Assembly: GCF_000014785.1 (NCBI RefSeq)
Contig: NC_008340.1
Span: 3,120,001-3,152,000 of the forward strand
Origin: Alkalilimnicola ehrlichii MLHE-1
Lineage (GTDB): Bacteria > Pseudomonadota > Gammaproteobacteria > Nitrococcales > Halorhodospiraceae
DNA length: 32,000 nucleotides
Direction of reading: 5' to 3'
Shown here: positions 25,088-32,000 of the stretch, piece by piece
Layout of the letters: every line of letters begins with the position of its first letter
Numbering within the stretch: position 1 is the stretch's first letter
Notes under the pieces: generated by a model
What the model was told of the DNA's origin: nothing
The model's database searches: none
Seen by the model: the letters and a program-made list of their open reading frames with translations, nothing else
Position numbers and translations under genes: made by a program

Positions 25088-25564
25088 ATGCTGGACGCCA
25101 TCAAACGCTATTTCAGCGGCCACATCGCCCAGGCCGCCGAGGCCGAGAGCCCAGACGAGCACGCCGTGCACCTGGCGGCCGCGGCGCTGTTACTGGAGAT
25201 GGCACGCATGGATGGGAGCCTGCACAGCGGCCAACGGCAGGCCGCAGAGGCGGCCGTGCGCGAGAAGCTGGGCCTCAGTGACCAGGAGACCCAGGAGCTG
25301 ATGCGCCTGGCCGAGGCGGAGCTGAACGACGCCATGGACTACTTCCAGTTCACCTCACTGATCAAAGACCACTTTGACTACGGCCAGCGGGCGCGGCTGA
25401 TTGAATACCTCTGGACGGTGGCGCTCGCCGACGAGCGGCTGCACCATCACGAGGAGTACCTGGTCCGGAGGATCGCCGAGTTGATCTACGTCCGCCACGC
25501 CGACTTCATCAACGCCCGGCTGCGCGCTGAACGCCAGCAGGACGCCACCCCGGGCGGGCCCTGA
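25088..25564 (+). CDS. TerB-like tellurite resistance family protein
   Basis: MLDAIKRYFSG..., AAAALLLEMARMDGSLHSGQRQAAEAAVREKLGLSDQE, LWTVALADERLHHHEEYLVRRIAELIYVRHADF. Start at ATG 25088 inside ORF 24959..25564. Confidence 0.82.
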   Translation: MLDAIKRYFSGHIAQAAEAESPDEHAVHLAAAALLLEMARMDGSLHSGQRQAAEAAVREKLGLSDQETQELMRLAEAELNDAMDYFQFTSLIKDHFDYGQRARLIEYLWTVALADERLHHHEEYLVRRIAELIYVRHADFINARLRAERQQDATPGGP

Positions 25565-25568
25565 GCCC

Positions 25569-26162
25569 TCAGCGCTCCAGTACCCCGTTATCCGGCCAGA
25601 CCAGGCGCATCTGGCGGACGATCTCCGCCTCCGCCACCTCCGGAAAGGCCTCGGCAAAGATCTCACACAGCGTCCGCCGGGCAGGCTCGTCCAGCTTCGG
25701 GCATTTGCGCCGCACCACCAGACAGGCGTTGACCACCGCATCACGCCAGCGCTGCTCAGCCACCGGCATCCCCTGCGGGAAGTCCGCCAGGAACAACCGC
25801 TGCTCGATGCGCTCCGCCTCCAACTCCCGCCCCAGCAGGTCCCGCCGCAACGCCTCGGCGGACTCCTCCAGCCCGCGGGGTGGATGCTTTTTCAGGTGCC
25901 GCCGCAGGGCCCGCAGCGGCTCAATCACCTCCCGGTCCCACTCCTGGGCCCGGCGGATGGCGGCCTCCATCTCGGTGGCGCCGAGCCGCCCCCAGCCCTC
26001 GCGGCCGAACCACAGCGCCGCCAGCAGCAGGCTGACCGAGAGCCCGTAGCGGGCCTGCAGGCGCAGGCAGGCCGGCTCCACCCCGGGCAGGCGGTAGAAG
26101 CGCACGGAGAAATCCCAAAGATCATCAGCTTGGCTCATCGCGGCTCCCTTGGCTGAGGCCAT
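25569..26162 (-). CDS. TIGR02444-like conserved protein of unknown function
   Basis: LWDFSVRFYRLPGVEPACLRLQARYGLSVSLLLAALWFGREG is the characteristic N-terminal region. Start may be at 26138. Confidence 0.8.
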   Translation of the reverse strand: MASAKGAAMSQADDLWDFSVRFYRLPGVEPACLRLQARYGLSVSLLLAALWFGREGWGRLGATEMEAAIRRAQEWDREVIEPLRALRRHLKKHPPRGLEESAEALRRDLLGRELEAERIEQRLFLADFPQGMPVAEQRWRDAVVNACLVVRRKCPKLDEPARRTLCEIFAEAFPEVAEAEIVRQMRLVWPDNGVLER

Positions 26163-26240
26163 AACGGGTTAGGGGCATTGGCAGGCGGCCTGCGCGGTCG
26201 ACGCCGGCATCGAGCGCTATTGTCCCGGGCTTGCGCCCAT

Positions 26241-26274
26241 AAGAAAAGGGCCGCCCCCGAAGGAGACGACCCTT
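26241..26274 (-). terminator. Terminator of the pnt operon with a UUCG tetraloop
   Basis: Minus strand: AAGGGTCG-T-CTCC-TTCG-GGGG-CGGCCCTT followed by TTCTTAT; 30 nt downstream of the pntB stop. Confidence 0.75.
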
Positions 26275-26304
26275 GCGTGTACGCCCATGGTAAGGGCGTA
26301 ATGC

Positions 26305-27783
26305 TTACATGGTCTTGACGGTCTGGATCATGCCGTTGACCACCTTCTGCGCGTCGCCGAAGACCATCCGGGTCTTCTCGTCGAAGAACAGATGGTTCTC
26401 GACGCCGGAGAAGCCGGCACCACGGCCACGCTTGACCACCAGGACGTTGTCGGCCTCGTCCACGTCCAGGATCGGCATGCCGTAGATCGGGCTGCTCTCG
26501 TCGGTCTTGGCGGCGGGGTTGACCACGTCGTTGGCGCCGATGATCAGCACCACATCGGTGCTGGCGAACTCGGCGTTGATCTCCTCCATGTCGAAGATCT
26601 TGTCGTAGGGCACCCCGGCCTCGGCCAGCAGGACGTTCATGTGGCCCGGCATACGGCCGGCCACCGGGTGGATGGCGAACTTCACCTCCACGCCCTGCTC
26701 TTCCAGCAACTCGACCATCTCCCAGACCTTGTGCTGGGCCTGGGCCACCGCCATGCCGTAGCCAGGCACGATGATGACCTTCTCGGCGAAGCCCATCATG
26801 TAGGCGGCGTCGTCCGGACCCACCTCCTTCATCTCGCCCTCGGGGCCTTCACCGCCGGCATCCGGCGACGCACCGAAGCCGCTGAACAGCACGTTAGTGA
26901 TCGGGCGGTTCATGGCCTTGGCCATCAGGTGGGTCAGCAACATACCGGCGGCCCCCACCACGATACCGGCGATGATCAGGGCCGGGTTGCCCAGCACATA
27001 GCCCTTGAAGCCGACCGCGAGACCGGTGAGGGCGTTGAGCAGGGAGATGACCACGGGCATGTCGGCACCACCGATGGGCGTGGTGACGAATATGCCCACC
27101 AGGAAGGCGGCCACGAAGAACAGGAAGATCGGCCAGCCGGTGCCGGCGAAGAACACCCAGATGCCCAGTAGTACGGTGGCGATGGCCAGGGCGATATTGA
27201 CCCACTGGTGGCCGCTGACCAGCTTGTTACGCTTCATGCGGCCATCGAGCTTGGCCCAAGCAATCACCGAGCCGGAGAAGGCCACGGTACCGATGACCGC
27301 ACCCAACAGCGCCAGGATGGCCACATCAATGCCCATCCAGGCACCGATGCTGCCGGCGTCCACCAGCCGCAGCGCCGCGTCCATGGGCAGATTGTGGCTG
27401 GCCGCGACTGCCGCGGCCTCATCCTGCGCCACGGTGTGCAGCTCCCGCTGGGCCTTGGCCAGGGAGACCGCCGCGATCAGGCCGGCGGAGCCGCCGCCCA
27501 AACCGTTGTAGATGGCCACCATCTGCGGCATGTCCGTCATCGCCACCTTCTTGGCGGTGACGTAGGCGAAGGCGCCGCCGATGGCGATAGCCAACAGGAT
27601 GAGCACGTAGTTGGTGGTGCCCACGATGACCGGCTCGAAGAAGGTGGCCACGGTGGCGATCACCATGCCCACGCCGGCCCAAATGATGCCCTTGCGGGCG
27701 GTCAGCGGCGAGGCCATGGCCTTCAGGCCAAGGATGAAGAGCAACGCCGCTGCAAAATAACTGAACTGGATCACGAGAGTCAT
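26305..27783 (-). CDS. pntB: NAD(P) transhydrogenase subunit beta
   Basis: 492 aa; multiple TM segments, GGADMPVVISLLNALTGLAVGFKGYVLGN, IIVPGYGMAVAQAQHKVWEMVELLEEQGVEVKFAIHPVAGRMPGHMNVLLAEAGVPYD, VLVVKRGRGAGFSGVENHLFF. Confidence 0.98.
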   Translation of the reverse strand: MTLVIQFSYFAAALLFILGLKAMASPLTARKGIIWAGVGMVIATVATFFEPVIVGTTNYVLILLAIAIGGAFAYVTAKKVAMTDMPQMVAIYNGLGGGSAGLIAAVSLAKAQRELHTVAQDEAAAVAASHNLPMDAALRLVDAGSIGAWMGIDVAILALLGAVIGTVAFSGSVIAWAKLDGRMKRNKLVSGHQWVNIALAIATVLLGIWVFFAGTGWPIFLFFVAAFLVGIFVTTPIGGADMPVVISLLNALTGLAVGFKGYVLGNPALIIAGIVVGAAGMLLTHLMAKAMNRPITNVLFSGFGASPDAGGEGPEGEMKEVGPDDAAYMMGFAEKVIIVPGYGMAVAQAQHKVWEMVELLEEQGVEVKFAIHPVAGRMPGHMNVLLAEAGVPYDKIFDMEEINAEFASTDVVLIIGANDVVNPAAKTDESSPIYGMPILDVDEADNVLVVKRGRGAGFSGVENHLFFDEKTRMVFGDAQKVVNGMIQTVKTM

Positions 27784-28098
27784 TTACTTGGCTCCCTGCT
27801 TCTTGTCCTTGTCGCTGGTTTTGAACATCTCCAGCATGCGTTCGGTCACCACGTAACCGCCGACGGCGTTACCGGCGCCCAGTAGGACGGCCAGAAAGCC
27901 CAGGGCCTGCTCCAGCGGCGTCTGGGCCATACCCAGGGCCGCCATGGCACCCACCACAACGATGCCGTGCACGAAGTTCGAACCCGACATCAACGGGGTG
28001 TGGAGGATGACCGGCACCCGGCTGATGACCTCGTAACCGGCCACCGCCGAGAGCATGAAGACGTAGATGGCGATGACGCCCGTCATACCTTCGATCAT
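27784..28098 (-). CDS. pntAB: NAD(P) transhydrogenase subunit alpha, membrane part (part 2)
   Basis: YVFMLSAVAGYEVISRVPVILHTPLMSGSNFVHGIVVVGAMAALG; 104 aa, directly upstream of pntB. Confidence 0.95.
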   Translation of the reverse strand: MIEGMTGVIAIYVFMLSAVAGYEVISRVPVILHTPLMSGSNFVHGIVVVGAMAALGMAQTPLEQALGFLAVLLGAGNAVGGYVVTERMLEMFKTSDKDKKQGAK

Positions 28099-29228
28099 GA
28101 CTTCTCTCCTTCCAGACGCTCACGGGTGGGGCCGTGCTTGACCTCACCGCCGTGGGTCAGGCAGCTGTCGGCAATGACCTGGTCGTCCCAGTTCAGGTGC
28201 AGCTCCCCGTCCTTGATCAGCAGGGTCAGCAGGTTGTAGAGGTTGCGCGAGTACATCTCGCTGGCGTGGATGGCCACCGAGCTGGGCACGTTCTTGGGGC
28301 CAACGATGAGCACCCCGTTGTGGTCCACGTCCTTGCCGGCCTGGGTGAGTTCGCAATTGCCCCCGGTCTCGGCCGCCAGGTCGACGATGACCGCACCGCG
28401 CCCCATACGCTCCACCGTGGCCTTGTCGATGATCTTGGGCGCCGGACGGCCCGGAATGGCCGCGGTGGTAATCACCGCGTGGGACGCCGCGATATAGTCG
28501 GCGAGCACCTCGGCCTGCTTTTTCTTTTCCTCGGCGGTGAGTTCACGGGCGTAACCGCCCTCACCCTCGGCCTTGACGCCGGTGTCGACAAACTTAGCGC
28601 CCAGCGATTCCACCTGCTCAGCGGTGGCCGAGCGCACATCGTAGGCGTTGACCTGGGCCCCGAGCCGGCGGGCGGTGGCGATGGCCTGCAGCCCCGCCAC
28701 CCCGGCGCCGATCACCAGCACCTTGGAGGGGCGGATGGTGCCCGCCGCCGTGGTCAGCATGGGGAAGAAGCGCGGGCTGCGCTCAGCCGCGATCAGCACC
28801 GCCTTGTAGCCGGAGATGGCCCCCTGCGAGGAGAGCGCGTCGATGGACTGAGCGCGGGAGATGCGGGGCACCAGCTCCATGGACAGGCTGGTAATCTTGC
28901 GCTTGCACAGCTCCTTGATGCGGCTGTCGCCCTCGTGCGGCGTCATGTAGCCCATCACGACGGTGCCCTCGCGCATCATGCCCACCTCCTTCTCGGTGGG
29001 CGGCTGCACCTTCAGGACCACATCGGCCTGGCCCAGCAGCTCCTCCTCGGAGTCCACCAGGGTGACGCCTTTGTAGTCCGCATCGTCAAAGCCGCTCTCG
29101 AGACCAGCTCCCTTCTGCATGAGGAGCTCTACCCCAAGTTTCTCGAACTGCCGTAGTGCCGCCGGGGCGAGTGCCACGCGCCGCTCACCCGGGCGGGTCT
29201 CCCTTGGCACGGCTACTTTTACTGCCAT
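28095..29228 (-). CDS. pntAA: NAD(P) transhydrogenase subunit alpha, soluble part (part 1)
   Basis: MAVKVAVPRETRPGERRVALAP, SSLSMELVPRISRAQSIDALSSQGAISGYKAVL-type sequence, VLVIGAGVAGLQAIATARRLGAQVNAYDVR; 4-bp overlap with pntAB. Confidence 0.97.
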   Translation of the reverse strand: MAVKVAVPRETRPGERRVALAPAALRQFEKLGVELLMQKGAGLESGFDDADYKGVTLVDSEEELLGQADVVLKVQPPTEKEVGMMREGTVVMGYMTPHEGDSRIKELCKRKITSLSMELVPRISRAQSIDALSSQGAISGYKAVLIAAERSPRFFPMLTTAAGTIRPSKVLVIGAGVAGLQAIATARRLGAQVNAYDVRSATAEQVESLGAKFVDTGVKAEGEGGYARELTAEEKKKQAEVLADYIAASHAVITTAAIPGRPAPKIIDKATVERMGRGAVIVDLAAETGGNCELTQAGKDVDHNGVLIVGPKNVPSSVAIHASEMYSRNLYNLLTLLIKDGELHLNWDDQVIADSCLTHGGEVKHGPTRERLEGEKS

Positions 29229-29594
29229 GGTTTATGCTCCCATTGGTTCCGCGCCACTGCGCGGTGTTCTGGTTCTAAGAGTTTGGTTTCCCCAACAATC
29301 TTTGTCGGACAGAACCGGAGATTTCAACTCTTGCCAGCGATGCCTGCCACTGCAATGTGGCATGCGGAACCGACGAATGCTAGCGGAAAGGCAACGCCAT
29401 GTGAACCTTGGCCGCTGTCGCCGTCCGCGACACATCGTCACAACCTGGGCGATCCGCGGGCCCATACCCAGCATAGCCGGTGACCCGGGTGAGCCCCGCT
29501 GGCAACCCCCTGCCGATCCCGCCCCATCCGGATTCATCGGCCTGAAACACCGAGCCGGCAGAATCCCGGCAGGCGTCGTCCGGGGGCGAAAATC

Positions 29595-29623
29595 TTGAAC
29601 CCGATCGTGATTTCTGCAATAAA
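29595..29623 (+). promoter_or_regulatory. Candidate promoter for the HNH gene
   Basis: TTGAAC (29595-29600), N17, AATAAA (29618-29623), 46 nt upstream of the HNH start. Confidence 0.3.
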
Positions 29624-29668
29624 GGGGCCAGGATGCGACGCTCAAGCCTGTAACCCGAGGGGGCTGGC

Positions 29669-30268
29669 GTGAACTTACTGGCGCACCGCATACTGCGCAC
29701 CGATGTATCCGGCATGCCGCTGGAGTGGATCGACTACCAGGAGGCCGCGAGGCTTTACTACCTGGAACAGGTGGTGTATTCGGTCGGGCGCAGGCTGTAT
29801 CGGATCTGGGGCGGTTTCAATGCCCGAAGCGGGCTGAGGAGCCACCTGGACCTGCACAGTATTGTCGCCACGGAAGGCACTCGGCAGGCTCACTTCAAAG
29901 GACGCCCCGGCTACATCCCCCCCCTCAACAACCAGACCCTCTTCCGCCGCGACGACCACTTCTGCCTCTACTGCGGCGACCGCTTCCCCGACAGCCTGCT
30001 CTCGCGCGATCACGTCACCCCGGTGGCCCAGGGCGGCGCGGACCACTGGAACAACCTGGTGACGGCCTGCAAACGCTGCAACAACCACAAGGGGGCCCGG
30101 ACGCCGGAAGAGGCCGGGATGGAGCTGTTGGCGGTGCCGTTCACACCCACCCACGCCGAGTATGTCTATCTGCAGGGCCGGCGCATCCTAGCCGACCAGA
30201 TGGAGTTCCTGCGGGCCCATTTTCCCCGCTCCAGCCCGTTGCGCGAGCGCTGGAGCCGCTACACCTGA
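29669..30268 (+). CDS. Stand-alone HNH endonuclease family protein
   Basis: FCLYCGDRFPDSLLSRDHVTPVAQGGADHWNNLVTACKRCNNHKGARTPEEAG: CxxC, DH, N and CxxC...K of the HNH fold. GTG start. Confidence 0.9.
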   Translation: MNLLAHRILRTDVSGMPLEWIDYQEAARLYYLEQVVYSVGRRLYRIWGGFNARSGLRSHLDLHSIVATEGTRQAHFKGRPGYIPPLNNQTLFRRDDHFCLYCGDRFPDSLLSRDHVTPVAQGGADHWNNLVTACKRCNNHKGARTPEEAGMELLAVPFTPTHAEYVYLQGRRILADQMEFLRAHFPRSSPLRERWSRYT

Positions 30269-30275
30269 GCCGTTC

Positions 30276-30944
30276 TCAGCCGCTCGCCCGCATGCGCAGC
30301 GTCTCGTAGCCGTTGTCCTCCAGGCGGGCGCGGATACGATCCAGCCGCTCGCCGTCGTCGAAGGGCCCGACCTGGACCCGGTGACGCACCTGGCCGCCGT
30401 CAAGTTCCACCCGCTGGATCCGGGCCTCCACCCCCAGCAGCGCCAGGTTGGCGCGCATCCGCTCGGCATCCGACGCCCGCCGGAAGGACCCCGCCTGCAG
30501 CAGGTAACGGTAACCCGGCTCCACCTCCGTGGGCCGACGGCTGACCTCCGGGGCCTCACCCGGCACCTCGCGGGCACGATCGGCCTCGGCCCGGCCCGCA
30601 TCCGGGTGGTCCGCCTCCGGGACGGCCACCTCCTCCTCCGGCAGCAGGGTGTAGAACTCAAAGCGGGGCCGCTGCTGCGCCGGCTCTGGTTCCGGCTCAG
30701 CCACCGGGCCCCGGGGTTCACCGACCGCGCCGGTGTTATCAGGCTCACCGATGCTGATATTCAGCCGGCCGTCCTGATGCGCCTCCCAGGCCAGCACCAG
30801 CCCGGCACCCAGCACCACCCCCACCAGCAGCAACGCCCAACCGGGGGCGCCACCACCGCCAGCCGATCCGGTGGCCTTGCTACGGCGTCGCGGCGCCTGC
30901 GGCGTGGCCCCACGAGTCGACTTCTTGCGCGGCCGCTGTGCCAT
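30276..30944 (-). CDS. SPOR-domain membrane protein (FtsN-like)
   Basis: MAQRPRKKSTRGATPQ..., one TM (WALLLVGVVLGAGLVLAWEA), Pro/Glu-rich linker, and C-terminal SPOR domain YRYLLQAGSFRRASDAERMRANLALLGVEARIQRVELDGGQVRHRVQVGPFDDGERLDRIRARLEDNGYETLRM. Likely start ATG 30944. Confidence 0.9.
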   Translation of the reverse strand: MAQRPRKKSTRGATPQAPRRRSKATGSAGGGGAPGWALLLVGVVLGAGLVLAWEAHQDGRLNISIGEPDNTGAVGEPRGPVAEPEPEPAQQRPRFEFYTLLPEEEVAVPEADHPDAGRAEADRAREVPGEAPEVSRRPTEVEPGYRYLLQAGSFRRASDAERMRANLALLGVEARIQRVELDGGQVRHRVQVGPFDDGERLDRIRARLEDNGYETLRMRASG

Positions 30945-30946
30945 GG

Positions 30947-32000
30947 TCACATACGCTCCGGGGCCCTCACGCCCAACAACTCCAGCCCGTTCCGCAGCAC
31001 CTGGCGGGTCGCGGCCACTAGGCAAAGGCGGGCGTCCCGCAGGGCCGCGTCCTCGACGATAAACTGATGGGCGTTGTAGTAGGTGTGCAGGGCATTGGCC
31101 AGGTCACGCAGGTAGGCGGCCACCTGGTGCGGCTCATGGGCCTGAGCGGCGGACTCGATGACCTCGGGGTAGCGCCCCAGCTCGGTGACCAACGCCTGCT
31201 CGTGATCCTCGCCCAGCCGGTCGAGGGCGTCCAGCCCCCGTGCCCGATCCCAGACCAGGCCCTTCTCATCCAACTGACGGAAGACGCTGCAGATGCGCGC
31301 ATGGGCATACTGCAGATAGTAGACGGGATTGTCCGAGGACTCGGACTTGGCCAGCTCCAGGTCGAAATCCATGTGTTGCTCGGGCTTGCGCATCACATAG
31401 AAGAACCGGGCGGCATCGTCCCCCACCTCGGCGCGCAATTGGCGCAGGGTGACAAACTCACCGGAGCGGGTGGACATCTGCAACCGCTCCTGGCCCCGAT
31501 AGAGGATGGCGAACTGCACCAGCCGCACGGACAGGCGCTGCTCGTCCTCACCAAAGGCCGCCAGCGCGGCCCGCACCCGCGGCACGTAGCCGTGGTGATC
31601 GGCGCCCCAGACATCCACCAGCTGGTCAAAGCCGCGCTGCAGCTTGTCCAGGTGGTAGGCCACGTCAGAGGCGAAATAGGTGGTCTGGCCATTCTCCCGG
31701 CGCAGCACCCGGTCCTTGTCATCGCCGAAGGCACTGGAGCGGAACCACAGGGCGCCGTCCTGCTGATAGGTGTGCCCCGCCTCGGTGAGCCGGGCCAGGG
31801 CCCGCTCCACCTGCCCCGACTCGGTCAGCGAGCGCTCCGAGTACCAATTCTGGTAGGTAACGCCGAAGCCCTCGAGGTCATCGCGGATATCAGCCAGGAT
31901 ACCGTTCAGGCCCTGCTCGAAGACCTGACGGTAGCCGGCCTCACCCAGCAACGCCCGGGCACGGCGCACCAGGGCGTCGATGTGCTGCTCCCTGTCCCCG
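30947..32000 (-). CDS. argS: Arginyl-tRNA synthetase, C-terminal part (5' end outside window)
   Basis: [92 protein letters not shown], anticodon-binding C-terminus ending [16 protein letters not shown]. Confidence 0.98.
   Translation of the reverse strand, partial: GDREQHIDALVRRARALLGEAGYRQVFEQGLNGILADIRDDLEGFGVTYQNWYSERSLTESGQVERALARLTEAGHTYQQDGALWFRSSAFGDDKDRVLRRENGQTTYFASDVAYHLDKLQRGFDQLVDVWGADHHGYVPRVRAALAAFGEDEQRLSVRLVQFAILYRGQERLQMSTRSGEFVTLRQLRAEVGDDAARFFYVMRKPEQHMDFDLELAKSESSDNPVYYLQYAHARICSVFRQLDEKGLVWDRARGLDALDRLGEDHEQALVTELGRYPEVIESAAQAHEPHQVAAYLRDLANALHTYYNAHQFIVEDAALRDARLCLVAATRQVLRNGLELLGVRAPERM

Noticed and set aside
27784-29228. Split pntA looked like a frameshifted or broken gene
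   Set aside because: A separate pntAA and pntAB is a known arrangement in many proteobacteria. The 4-bp overlap and full motifs indicate two intact genes.
29229-29668. Hidden gene or structured RNA in the 440-bp pntAA-HNH gap (ORFs 29119..29598, 29232..29645)
   Set aside because: Translations lack motifs and overlap on both strands, and no convincing tRNA or strong hairpin series was found.

Overview
This 32 kb, GC-rich window looks like a chromosomal housekeeping segment from a gammaproteobacterium. The gene content and order suggest an Ectothiorhodospiraceae-like relative, which is an inference. Readable genes: 3' end of uvrA (+); a glutamine amidotransferase (peptidase C26) plus amidoligase pair (-); type B L31 rpmE2 (+); gltA (+); a conserved hypothetical and mrcA/ponA (-); the pilMNOPQ type IV pilus operon (+); a large Ig-like-repeat lipoprotein (+); aroK and aroB (+); gltB and gltD (+); hemE, a NUDIX hydrolase and a TerB-like protein (+); a TIGR02444-type protein (-); the three-gene transhydrogenase operon pntAA-pntAB-pntB (-); a stand-alone HNH endonuclease (+); and a SPOR-domain protein with the 3' part of argS (-). 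I saw no CRISPR array, rRNA, tRNA, transposase, prophage or toxin-antitoxin module. The best second-look items are the amidoligase/C26 pair, whose C26 protein carries a strongly hydrophobic insertion; the adhesin-like lipoprotein between pilQ and aroK; a perfect 8-bp inverted repeat upstream of a good sigma70 promoter for gltBD; a hairpin-dense leader before gltA; and a 28-bp tandem array abutting a REP/BIME-like palindromic element between gltD and hemE. Nothing here is clearly a large new system.
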